Below, piece after piece: positions 49,062-58,426 of a stretch of 62,775 bases of DNA. Every line of letters begins with the position of its first letter. The stretch's first letter is position 1. The stretch covers positions 1 through 62,775 of the forward strand of contig JAPDJY010000025.1 of the NCBI GenBank assembly GCA_029258835.1, written 5' to 3'. Position numbers and translations under genes: made by a program. Below the pieces are notes generated by a model. The model did not search any database. It saw nothing but the letters and a program-made list of their open reading frames with translations, and was not told the origin of the DNA. The DNA is from Thermoproteota archaeon. GTDB lineage: Archaea > Asgardarchaeota > Jordiarchaeia > Jordiarchaeales > Freyrarchaeaceae.

Positions 49062-51092
49062 TTACCTGTTAAGGTAAACGGTTTCCCCTTCGATCCTCAC
49101 CATTCCTACGCGTTCAAGCCATGCTAGGGTTGCTTGGAGTTCGGCTGGCGCGATCCCTGTTGCCTTTTGAAGATTACTAAATGTTATTTTCTTCAGAGAC
49201 TCTATTATGAAGTACACCTTGAATTTTGGATCAAGCATCATGGCACCCTTATAGCGTTCAAGCTGCTCCTCCCTCTTCTTCTTCTCCCTTTCAAGCTCTT
49301 CCTTAATCTTCTCGAGTTCCTTGTTTTTGCTCTCAAGCTCCTTAACCCTGCTGTCGATTTCTTCCCTAACCTCCACCACTTTCCTCTCTAGCAGGCTGAC
49401 TGTTCTACGTAGCCCTTCAAGCTCCTCCTCCTTAAGCCTTAACATGCGTTCTTTCTCAGCTAAAACTTCAGGGTCAACTTCAGGACGCTTCCTTAACTCC
49501 TCAACTTCCTTACGTAGCCCTTCAACTTCTCCCTCCAGTTCGGAGAGGAGGGTCTTGTGGAATTCAAGCTCCTCCTCCTTAACCTCCAAATCTTTAGTTC
49601 TTTCTTCGATAATGGATTGAAGCCTTTCGATCTCCTTCTCCTTAAGCCTTAACCGGTCTTCTCCAGCTGCTATTATGCTGTCCCTTTCCTTGAGCATCTC
49701 CTCAAGGGTTCTGATCTGCTCGGTGAACATTGTTATTTCACGCTGAGCTCCCTCGAGCTTACCTTCAAGCTCCGCTACGCGCATACGTTCTTTTTCGAGG
49801 CGCTCACGGGTTGCCAAGAACTCTTCCCGAGCTAAGTCGAGCTCACGCTTCACCTTTTCCAGCTCGGCTTTCCGTAACTCGAGCTCTTGCTCCTTCTCGC
49901 TCAGCTCCTTCTTCTTTTCCTCCAACGCTCTGGTGGCTTCCTCCAGGGCTTGCTCGCGCTCGGCAAGCTGCCTAGTAGCCTCCTCCAGGGCTTGCTCACG
50001 CTCGGCAAGCTGCCTAGTAGCCTCCTCCAAGGCACGCTCACGCTCGGCAAGCTGCCTAGTAGCCTCCTCAACTCTTGCCCTCGCCTCCGCTTCCTCAGTC
50101 CTCAACCTTTCAATTTCAGCCTTGGCGGTTTCAAGCTCCTCAAGCAACTTGTTGGAGCGTTCTTGCTCTTCTTTAAGGCGCGCTTGAGTAGCCTCGTATT
50201 CAAGCTTGGCAGCCTCAAGTTCCTTTTCAATCCCTCTTAAGGCTTCTTCCCTTTCCCTTAGAAGGGCCTCCCTCTCCTTAAGCAGCGTGCTACTCTCTTC
50301 AAGCAGCTTTTCCAAGCTCTCCCTTTCGCTGTTGAGTTCCTGAATACGCTTCTTCATCGCCTCTTCTTCAGCCTTTAGCCTTGAAACTTCCTCTCTGGAT
50401 TCCTCAAGCATTTTAGAAAGGTAACTAGACTTTTCCCTTTCCAATTCAAGATTTTTAACCAGCTCCTGGAGTTCTCCCTTAGCCTTCTCAACTTCGACCC
50501 TTTTCGCCTCTAACTCCTGTCTGATGAATTCCAACTCACGCCTTTTTTCTTCTAGCTCTAGCTCCCTCCGCCTCAGGGCTTCGGAGCTTTCCTTCAGTAG
50601 CCTCTCTCGTTCGGTAAGCTCTCTGTCAAGCCTTGATATTTCCTCAACTAGCCTAGCTTCCTCTCTGCTTAGCGCTTCGGTGAATTCCTCGGCGAAGCGG
50701 GCTAATGCATCCCTGAAGGCCTCCAGTTCAGCCTCGGTAGCAGACGTAACCTCCTCCATTGTATTGCGGGCGACCTCGTCTACAACGCCCGACACGGCTT
50801 CGCTAAAAACATTCTTTATTAATTCGGATGCAAATTGAATTCTAACTTTTGAAACAACCTCCCTGCTGACGTCCTCCCTCATATCTAATATCCTACGCTT
50901 CAGGAGTTCAAGGCTGCGCGACACTGCAGAGTCGAGTCCTGCCCGCACGTTCTCGACAATAGACTCTAACGACCTGACATGCCTGTGGACGAACTCTGGC
51001 GACAGAAGAGAGATGCCTGACTCGCCGCTTCCACCTTCCAACAAGATAACCTCCCTTGAGGAATATCCACAGAAATAAGTATCAAAACGCAC
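49062..51092 (-). CDS. Long coiled-coil protein with C-terminal winged helix
   Basis: ~500 aa of E/L/R/K heptads; C-terminal DPKFKV...wHTH; true start probably TTG near 51044. Confidence 0.8.
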   Translation of the reverse strand: MRFDTYFCGYSSREVILLEGGSGESGISLLSPEFVHRHVRSLESIVENVRAGLDSAVSRSLELLKRRILDMREDVSREVVSKVRIQFASELIKNVFSEAVSGVVDEVARNTMEEVTSATEAELEAFRDALARFAEEFTEALSREEARLVEEISRLDRELTERERLLKESSEALRRRELELEEKRRELEFIRQELEAKRVEVEKAKGELQELVKNLELEREKSSYLSKMLEESREEVSRLKAEEEAMKKRIQELNSERESLEKLLEESSTLLKEREALLREREEALRGIEKELEAAKLEYEATQARLKEEQERSNKLLEELETAKAEIERLRTEEAEARARVEEATRQLAERERALEEATRQLAEREQALEEATRQLAEREQALEEATRALEEKKKELSEKEQELELRKAELEKVKRELDLAREEFLATRERLEKERMRVAELEGKLEGAQREITMFTEQIRTLEEMLKERDSIIAAGEDRLRLKEKEIERLQSIIEERTKDLEVKEEELEFHKTLLSELEGEVEGLRKEVEELRKRPEVDPEVLAEKERMLRLKEEELEGLRRTVSLLERKVVEVREEIDSRVKELESKNKELEKIKEELEREKKKREEQLERYKGAMMLDPKFKVYFIIESLKKITFSNLQKATGIAPAELQATLAWLERVGMVRIEGETVYLNR
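49939..50069. repeat. 42-bp tandem repeat x3 (encodes LEEATRQLAEREQA)
   Basis: Units at 49939, 49981 and 50023, near-identical. Confidence 0.95.
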
Positions 51093-51261
51093 TAATAATT
51101 TCTTCTACATAAAAAAACAATGAGAAAAACATCCTTAGCAAGAAAGGCGGTAGAGGGGGAATGAAGGAGGTTTCAATAGGCGTGCTGGCTAAAATGGAGG
51201 AAAAACATTAGTGTTAACGAAGAGGAGGTTTCAAAGGGGGTTTGAAGGGAGTATAAGAGGT

Positions 51262-52197
51262 ATGGGCACGTTGGCAGGATGCGTTGTGGTTGTCGGAAGC
51301 AGCCACGTGGATTTTACCGTTCAGCTGGATAGGATGCCTAGGTTGGGGGAGACCGTTATAGGTAAGGGGTTTAAGGTTGCTCCGGGGGGGAAAGGGGCTA
51401 ACCAAGCTGTCGCTGCCTCAAGACTTGGAGCAAAGGTTTTCATGGTGAGTAGGGTTGGAAGAGATTACTGGGGAGGCTTCCTGAGGGAAAACTTCGTTAA
51501 GAATGATGTTTCAGTGGAGTACTTGGTTGAGGATGAGGAGGAGCAGACTGGTGTAGCGTTGATACTTGTAGATTCGGAGGGGAGGAACATTATAGCCGTT
51601 GCCCCTGGAGCCGACAGGAAAGTTTCAAGGGAAGACGTCGACAGGGCTGAGAGGGTTTTCAGGGAGGCTGGGGCTGTGGCCCTTCAACTTGAAATCCCCA
51701 TAGAAACGGTGATCTACGCTGCGGAGAAAGCTTGGAGGCATGGTGTAAGGGTCGTTTTGACGCCGGCTCCAGTTCATCCGCTCCCAGAGAAGCTGCTGGA
51801 GAAGGTAACTGTTCTAACCCCCAACAGGGTTGAAGCCGAAGAGCTTACAGGGGTTAAAATAAGAGATTTGAAGGATGCTGCAACAGCCGGCACGATCCTC
51901 GTGGAGAGAGGAGTGGACAACGTGGTCATAACCTTGGGCGAGAGAGGAGCATTCCTTGTTAACGCAGAGAGAAGCGTCCACATTCCTCCATTTAAGGTTA
52001 AAGCGGTTGACACCACCGGGGCCGGCGACGCCTTCAGCGGCGCTTTAGCGGTAGCCTTAGCGGAGGGAAAGAATGTGGATGATGCTGTTAGGTTTGCCAA
52101 CGTTGCCGCGGCCATATCAACGACTAAGCTTGGAGCCCAAGAGGCCCTCCCGGAAAGGGGAGAGGTTGAAGAGGCCTTAAAACTCCTTGGATTTTAA
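51262..52197 (+). CDS. rbsK: Ribokinase (PfkB family)
   Basis: GGKGANQA, QLEIP, PNRVEA, DTTGAGDAF. Confidence 0.9.
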   Translation: MGTLAGCVVVVGSSHVDFTVQLDRMPRLGETVIGKGFKVAPGGKGANQAVAASRLGAKVFMVSRVGRDYWGGFLRENFVKNDVSVEYLVEDEEEQTGVALILVDSEGRNIIAVAPGADRKVSREDVDRAERVFREAGAVALQLEIPIETVIYAAEKAWRHGVRVVLTPAPVHPLPEKLLEKVTVLTPNRVEAEELTGVKIRDLKDAATAGTILVERGVDNVVITLGERGAFLVNAERSVHIPPFKVKAVDTTGAGDAFSGALAVALAEGKNVDDAVRFANVAAAISTTKLGAQEALPERGEVEEALKLLGF

Positions 52198-52239
52198 TTT
52201 TAGCTGTTTAAGGCTACTGGGCAGCGTCGTCAATGGAAC

Positions 52240-52360
52240 CTATTTTCCCATGTACTCTTTTCTTACCCATTCAGAAATTTCGTTGAAGAGGCTTTGATAC
52301 GTCTGCTTCGTTCTCCATTTTAGCTCTCTTAGCCCTTGAATTGTCCACGTCATTGTCCCG
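52240..52360 (-). pseudogene. 3' remnant of the same SDR epimerase gene
   Basis: GRDNDVDNSRAK / RELKW...EISEWV resembles the SDR C-terminal DxSKAxxELGW motif. Confidence 0.6.
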
Positions 52361-53573
52361 CCGTTCTGACTCTCGCTAACTTTGGAACATTTGATAGTAA
52401 TTGTTAGCGGGAGTCTTCCCCCCTCTGGTTTCATTGAGGGGCTTTTGCGGGGAACGGAACTCCGCACATCTATCTTTTCTAATCCTCTTAACCTAATGTT
52501 ACATGCACCTATAACGTCTCTATCTGCTCCTAAGCCGCATTTCTTACATTTCATGATTCTATGCCCATTCAGGCTTAGCTTTTCCCCACATATCGGGCAT
52601 GTGCGAGAAGTTCCCTTAGCATCAACATAAATTACGGGAACTCCATTCAACTTAGCCTTATATTCAATAATTAATTGGAGTTTGCGGAAGCTCCATCTAT
52701 GTAGCCTTCCATTCATCTCACTAGAATATTTAATTTTTCTTCGAATATTTTTGAGGTTCTCAAGTGCTATTGCAGAATTGTTTTTCAATGCTTTTTTAAC
52801 AATACAGTTCGCAACCTTATGATAAACATCCAAAACCCTATTTTTCTCCCTCTCACCATATTTAGCTAAGAGCTTCCTCCTAGTTTTCCCAGTCTTAATT
52901 TTTGACTGTATTTTTCTACGCTTAAGAAAGTAAGCAGTCCTAATAGTTTTCTCCTTCGTAATCTTCTTATCAAAATCATCAAGCAAAGCTAACGTAACAT
53001 TATTCTCATTAACATCTACACCAACAACATCTATTACATTTCTAACTCAACTTCTTTCGAGAAGACAACATTCAAAAACAAACCATTACATTTCTTAATT
53101 AACCATGCTTGCCCAATTCTCCAATCTTTAAACCTTTCATGATATTTTCCATGTAGAAGCTTAACCTTAACTCTCCCATTTAAAGTAGCTATGCTTGCAT
53201 CCCTTTTTTCTAAGTTAATGGAGAATAAGTGGTCGTCGAGCATAACAACATCTCTTTTAAACACAGGTTTATCTCCTTTAGCTTTACCCTTGCGTTTAAG
53301 CTTCCTAAAAGACTTGTAGATTGAGCAAGCCATTTGGCAAGCAGTATAAACATAATGGGAAGGCAAATCAGGATATTTATGCCTTAACTCATAATACTTC
53401 TCTTTTTTAAGCCTTTTAAAAGAAGATATGTTCCTAAATGATATATAACCTAGCAGTTCGTTTAATATTTGCTTGTAAATAGTAAACAAACTTCCTAACC
53501 TGGTTTGAGGGGGAAGCTTGAAGCTTGCTGTAAGCCTAACAGTCTCTAATTGCTTTTTTGACATTTTCAACAA
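52240..53573 (-). pseudogene. tnpB: TnpB (RNA-guided RuvC nuclease), frameshifted near 53040
   Basis: N-half 53034-53573; RuvC-I VGVDVNENN in another frame; ALENL, TSRTCPICG, CKKCG..DRDxxGACNI. Confidence 0.88.
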
Positions 53574-54222
53574 CCCTCTTCTTATGGCTTCTCATTCCAT
53601 AAAGTCTATCAGCAAAAGATGTTATAATCGCTATTAGGCCCTCAACAAGTTCTTGTCGCATATCTTTTGGCTCTTCTCCAAAAATCGCCTCAACCTTAAC
53701 TCTATGAGGCTTAAAAAACAAAAACTTTTCAAGGTAGCTGAACCCGAATCTTGTCAACCTATCTTTGTAAGTTAAAACTACGATATCCACAGATGTACTT
53801 TCAACAAGTTTGAATAGCTTTCTTAAACCTCTACGCTTCTCATTTAAACCACTAGCTACGTTCGTCAAAACCTCAATGACTTTATAGCCTCTAGCTGAAC
53901 AATATTCCTGCAAATATTTAACTTGTCTTTCTAAATCATCTTTTTGGTCACTTGAAGAAACCCTTGCGTAGATAGCAGCCCTAGAAACAACTTCTCCCTC
54001 CCCTAAAAGCCTCATAATTTCGCTCTCAGATACTCTAAATTCTCCACCAACAGTTCTTTTAGCCTTAACTTTCCCAGCCTTAATCCACCTTCTAAGAGTC
54101 ATAGGATGAACTCCTAAAAGCTTGCCGCCTCACCAGTTCTATAAAGCCGCTCCATTTCAATCAAACTTACCATGCATATGAAAGTATATAATGTTTCGAA
54201 AGTTTCACTTTATGTTACTGCC
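52361..54222 (-). mobile_element. IS607-family element (serine-recombinase tnpA + tnpB), decayed
   Basis: AT-rich block; ends GG-CAGTAAC... and ...CAGAAC-GG on the minus strand; subterminal AATGTT(T)C(G/C)AAAGTT imperfect inverted repeats; boundaries approximate. Confidence 0.85.
53536..54155 (-). pseudogene. tnpA: IS607 TnpA serine recombinase, 1-nt frameshift in the N-terminal HTH
   Basis: MERLYRTGEAA (54155) out of frame with LLGVHPMTLRRW; YARVSS, DRLTRFG. Confidence 0.85.
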
Positions 54223-54783
54223 CTCCTCGAGTAGGCGTCTAGCACGTCTAGCACGTCTCGCACCCACACGCTTCCCGGACCAGTCACATTGCTTGGCCTC
54301 AAATAGTGTATTCAACGCCTTTCCTCTCGTGGAACTCCCTAACGATCTTCTCAGCTTCTATTTTTGAGTCGCCATATGGTATTCCCGTCTTAACCAGCTC
54401 CTCGTCTTCGGTGAAGCCCTTCATGTGGCGCCCTACACCGTAAGCGGCAATGCTACTAAAGTAAACGAGTCGCTTCACCCGTGTACACTCTTGCAAAAGG
54501 TTTCTTGTTCCATCAACTGTTACCTCGAAGAACAGTTTTTTCCGGCCCCAGTAGGATACACGCGCAGCCAGGTGAAAAACTATGTCCACGCCCTCGGCTA
54601 TTCCTTTGAGCGTTTCAGGCTTTGTGAGGTCACCTCTCCAAACCTCCACTCCAATACGTTCTAAGGCGCCGGCTGGCTCCTCTGGGAGGAAGAGGCCTCG
54701 AACCTCGCATCCTTCACTAATCAGCTTATCGCAGAGATGGCGCCCTATAATCCCCCTGCACCCGTAACGAGAACCCTCAACAT
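54223..54783 (-). pseudogene. NAD-dependent epimerase/dehydratase (SDR), 5' part
   Basis: MLRVLVTGAGG (54783) frameshifted; VFHLAA, YGDSK; second frameshift before RPSNVTGPG; truncated at the IS. Confidence 0.85.
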
Positions 54784-55071
54784 AACACCTCGTTGATTGG
54801 CTGCCTTTTACAATTAAAGCGAAAAGCGTTAAAAACACTATCTTTCCAGGGTCTCCCGATAAAAGGAGTTTAAGGCTGAGGCTGCACTGTTCATGGATAC
54901 GGGCAGCTCACGAGAGAGTAATGAAATGAAGTCTCCTTTTTGTAGAAGTTTCTGTGGTTGATCTAAATTTATTTTAGGGATAATGAGTTTATTTTGATGG
55001 TCTAACGGTTGCTCCGAAAGTTTATTTAGTTCCCCCTTTAAGTTAACAATAGTGAAAAAGCATGTTGACCG

Positions 55072-56034
55072 ATGAAAGGGGCGGTGTACATTATGCAGGT
55101 CAGCGAGGAGAAGGCTGCATCAAGGCTTCAAGAGGAAATTTTAAAGTTGAAGGAGCGGGAAAACGCCATCATACTCGCACACAACTATCAAACCATAGAG
55201 ATTCAGGAGATAGCGGATGCTGTTGGAGACAGCCTTGAACTTGCAAGGATAGCACAGAGAAACAAGGATGCTGATATTATAATTTTTTCAGCAGTCAGGT
55301 TTATGGCGGAGACCGCCGCTATCCTGAACCCGGACAGGGAAGTTTACATTCCAGACCCTACAGCTAGATGTCCAATGGCCTTAATGTGTCCTAGAGAGCT
55401 GGTAGCCGAGGTGAAGAAGATGCATAGGGGGATACCCGTGGTCCTTTACGTGAACACGCTTGCGGAGGCGAAGGCTGAAGCGGACATCATGTGCACTTCA
55501 GCTAACGCAGCCAAGGTAGTTGAAAAGCTAGGTGCCCCCCAAGTCGTGTTCGGGCCAGACAGGAACCTGGGGTTGTACGTTGAGAGGATTACAGGGGTTA
55601 AAACGATACCGGTTCCAGAGGATGGCTACTGCTACGTTCATCGCATGTTTAAACCCCAGCACATTTTAAAACTGAGAGGGGAGCATCCAGATGCCGTGGT
55701 CATGGTTCACCCGGAGTGCGTGCCAGAAGTCCAAGAGAACGCCGACTTTATAGGGTCTACGAGTCAGATGTACAGGTACGCTGAGGAGTCAGGGAGGGAA
55801 AAGTTCATTGTTGGAACTGAAGTGGGCCTCGTGGAGAGGATGCGGAGAGAGATCGGAGGAGGGAAAGTGTTTATTCCATTGCTGGACAAAGCAATATGTG
55901 AAAACATGAAAAAGAACACCTTAGAAAAGATAAGAGATGTCTTACTGAAAAAGAGAAGCGAAAACTTGGTGATGGTTCCAGAAGAAGTGGCGGAAAAGGC
56001 GAGGAAGGGAATAGAGAGGATGCTTAGGCTTTAG
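55072..56034 (+). CDS. nadA: Quinolinate synthase
   Basis: ILAHNYQ, GDSL, VRFMAE, CPMA, YVNT, HPEC, GSTS, C.NMK. Confidence 0.96.
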   Translation: MKGAVYIMQVSEEKAASRLQEEILKLKERENAIILAHNYQTIEIQEIADAVGDSLELARIAQRNKDADIIIFSAVRFMAETAAILNPDREVYIPDPTARCPMALMCPRELVAEVKKMHRGIPVVLYVNTLAEAKAEADIMCTSANAAKVVEKLGAPQVVFGPDRNLGLYVERITGVKTIPVPEDGYCYVHRMFKPQHILKLRGEHPDAVVMVHPECVPEVQENADFIGSTSQMYRYAEESGREKFIVGTEVGLVERMRREIGGGKVFIPLLDKAICENMKKNTLEKIRDVLLKKRSENLVMVPEEVAEKARKGIERMLRL

Positions 56035-56041
56035 AGGGGAA

Positions 56042-56080
56042 ACGCGGCACCTGAAGGTTGAAAGCCTTTCCGCGTCTTTT
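56042..56080 (+). terminator. Hairpin + T-run after nadA
   Basis: ACGCGG...GAAGGTT-GAA-AGCCTTT-CCGCGT followed by CTTTT. Confidence 0.4.
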
Positions 56081-56204
56081 AACTTTCTTAGTAAAGGGTT
56101 GAAGGCTTGGGTGAGGGTGGCAATAGAAGTTATGTTTCCTAGAATGCTGCTGCCATTTGCATGTCCTTTCCAAAAAAGATTTAGAATAGAGGGCGTATTT
56201 AATC

Positions 56205-56468
56205 TTGGTGGGAGAAAAGTTGGGTACTATGACTGTGCCAATACCTCATAGGTTCGCGATAACCAAAGTTAGGATAGTTGGCGAGTGGAGTTGGGACCAG
56301 AAGTGTGTTATATGCCTCGGCGACATAAAGCCTGGAGAGAAGATCTTGATGTGTCCCAAGTGCGGTGCAATAGGACATGAAGACCACTTTTTAGAGTGGA
56401 TAAAGGTGAAGGCGCTGTGCCCAAATTGTAGAAGTATCCTGAGGGAGAAAGACTTAAAGAGGTTTTAA
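56205..56468 (+). CDS. Small RING-finger E3 ubiquitin ligase
   Basis: CVIC...CPKC...HEDH..EW...CPNCR; first gene of the Ub operon. Confidence 0.88.
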   Translation: MVGEKLGTMTVPIPHRFAITKVRIVGEWSWDQKCVICLGDIKPGEKILMCPKCGAIGHEDHFLEWIKVKALCPNCRSILREKDLKRF

Positions 56469-56481
56469 GGAGGAGGACGGC

Positions 56482-56715
56482 GTGATCGTTAGGGTGGTTT
56501 CAGCTATTGGAGGAGACGTCTGGGAGATGGATCTCCCCCCTGAAACCGACATAGGAAAACTTAAGAGGGAGGTTGCCAAAAAAAGGAAGGTTTCCCCGAA
56601 CATGATAGCTATAGCATTCAGGGGTATGCAGCTTGACGACGATGTCACCCTTAAAGAGGCGGGAGTAGAAGAATACGACAAACTCTATGTAATAACCCGG
56701 ACTGAGGGTGGATGA
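56482..56715 (+). CDS. Ubiquitin-like protein with free C-terminal GG
   Basis: Beta-grasp pattern, FRGMQLDDDVTLKEAGV, ends TRTEGG-stop. Confidence 0.92.
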   Translation: MIVRVVSAIGGDVWEMDLPPETDIGKLKREVAKKRKVSPNMIAIAFRGMQLDDDVTLKEAGVEEYDKLYVITRTEGG

Positions 56716-56739
56716 ACAGTAGGACTTGGGGGGCTAAAA

Positions 56740-57201
56740 ATATTAACGGACGAGCAGTTTTACGCCCGCCTGGTTTACGAGGCTAAGCTGCTGGAGAAAG
56801 AGGAGCCGACGTTTAAACCGGTGAATGGAGACTTAACCCATTGGAAGGGTGTCATCTTAGGGACGGGAGTGTATGATGGAGGAGTGTTTGAGATAGAGAT
56901 ATTCATACCCAGAGACTACCCGTTTAAACCCCCCAAGGTTTTTTGGAACACCCCCATATGGCACCCTAACATAAATAGGCGTGAAGTATGCGTGGGTATA
57001 CTGGGGAAAGAATGGACGCCTAACACAACGATCGTTGGGGTTATAGAGGCGCTAAGAACCCTCCTAAACTTCCCGAACCCTCACTCCCCTCTTAACACTA
57101 ATGCTGCAAGGCAGATGCTTAGGGACATGAAAAAGTTCAGAAGGAAGGTTAAAGAGTACATTGAAAAGTATGCCACGTGGCAGAAGGTTCTGAAAGGATA
57201 A
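56740..57201 (+). CDS. Ubiquitin-conjugating enzyme E2 (start uncertain; ATA at 56740 proposed)
   Basis: YPFKPPKV, WHPNI...VCVGIL...W; helix-1-like YARLVYEAKLL lies upstream of the GTG at 56821. Confidence 0.9.
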   Translation: MLTDEQFYARLVYEAKLLEKEEPTFKPVNGDLTHWKGVILGTGVYDGGVFEIEIFIPRDYPFKPPKVFWNTPIWHPNINRREVCVGILGKEWTPNTTIVGVIEALRTLLNFPNPHSPLNTNAARQMLRDMKKFRRKVKEYIEKYATWQKVLKG

Positions 57202-57223
57202 AGGGAAGAGTAAGGTTGGTGGA

Positions 57224-58222
57224 ATGAGGGAGGACAGGTATCACAGGCAGCGTCTCCTGAAGGAGTGGAGTCAGGAGAAGGTTAGAGGGTCTACTGTTTT
57301 CATTGCTGGAGTAGGGGCTTTAGGATCCGTGGTGGCCCTAAACTTGGTGATGATGGGGGTTGGGGAAATACTTATTGCAGACTACGACACGGTTGAAGTC
57401 TCCAACCTGAACAGGCAGCTTCTCTTCAAGGAGGACGATGTTGGACGGAACAAGGCTGAAGCCGCTAGGGATGCACTCTTGGAAGTTAACCCTGACGTGA
57501 AGGTTGAAGCCTTCCCGGTCGACATAGCAGAGGTTCCAAGGGAGCATTATGAGAAGTGCGACGTGATAGTAGACGGACTAGATACTTTCGAGGCTAGACG
57601 ATGGATAAACTCTCTAGCTGTAGAGTTAAAGAAGCCGCTTGTGCACGGTGGAATGTATGGGTGGTGGGGGAACGTTCAGGTGGTGATACCTTACGTTACA
57701 CCGTGCCTTGAATGTCAACCGCTAATCCCAGAAGACAGGCTGATGCAGATTTGCACCCCCTTAGGGGTGAAAAGGAAGAAGAGGGAAAGGGTAAAGGTGA
57801 GGGAGGCGCTCCCTGCAGTCGTCACTGTTAGCTGCGTGATAGGTGGTATACAGTCGCAGGAAGTTGTAAAGATCCTTCTTGGCTTGAAGCCGCTCGACAG
57901 CTTCCTGTTCTATGACGGTTTAAACCAGGCGTTCACCTTAGTTCCGCTTAGAAGGAATCCTAAATGTGTTGTTTGCGGTGAGGAGTACGCTTTGAAAGGG
58001 GTGGAGTACGCCTTGGATCCGGAGGAAACGGTAGGGGAGCTTAAAGGCAGGCTTAGCGCTACGTGGGGGCTAAGGGAGCCTGTAAGGCTCGTTTACAAGG
58101 CAAGGTTAATAGAGGGCGACGATAAGAAAATAAAAGAGTTGAACGTTAAGAGCGGAGACGTACTCTTCGTTTACGATCAAAGCAGGGCTAAGCCAGTAAA
58201 AATAACGGTTAAGATCTCATGA
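57224..58222 (+). CDS. Ubiquitin-activating enzyme E1 (ThiF) with C-terminal ubiquitin-fold domain
   Basis: RYHRQ, GVGALG, SNLNRQ, CLEC, candidate catalytic ICT, CVVC, C-terminal Ubl-like domain. Confidence 0.92.
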   Translation: MREDRYHRQRLLKEWSQEKVRGSTVFIAGVGALGSVVALNLVMMGVGEILIADYDTVEVSNLNRQLLFKEDDVGRNKAEAARDALLEVNPDVKVEAFPVDIAEVPREHYEKCDVIVDGLDTFEARRWINSLAVELKKPLVHGGMYGWWGNVQVVIPYVTPCLECQPLIPEDRLMQICTPLGVKRKKRERVKVREALPAVVTVSCVIGGIQSQEVVKILLGLKPLDSFLFYDGLNQAFTLVPLRRNPKCVVCGEEYALKGVEYALDPEETVGELKGRLSATWGLREPVRLVYKARLIEGDDKKIKELNVKSGDVLFVYDQSRAKPVKITVKIS

Positions 58223-58354
58223 AGTCTTTTCTCGTCTCTCCTTTCGGTAGCAGTGAACGCAGAGAAAGTGGGTTTTCTGGCAGTCGACTGGAAGAACTTT
58301 AGGGAACTCGTAGCCGCACTCAGGACACTTCACTTTTTTTATCCTGTAGGGCAA
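58217..58354 (-). CDS. Small zinc-ribbon protein (45 aa)
   Basis: TTG at 58354; KCPECG...LCVHCY; stop adjoins the E1 stop in TCATGA. Confidence 0.55.
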   Translation of the reverse strand: MPYRIKKVKCPECGYEFPKVLPVDCQKTHFLCVHCYRKERREKTS

Positions 58355-58426
58355 GGCTGCATCCCCGGCTTTAGCCTTGAGAAAGCTATGTTTGGATGTT
58401 TGGGTACGCATATAAAACTGCTGGTC

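Noticed and set aside
49939-50069. 42-bp repeats as a CRISPR array
   Set aside because: No spacers; in-frame coding repeat
49062-51092. SMC/Rad50 ATPase
   Set aside because: No Walker A/B, signature or hinge motifs
56713-56715. Selenocysteine at the Ub TGA
   Set aside because: The position follows the GG terminus, where a stop is expected; no Cys-equivalent site and no SECIS identified
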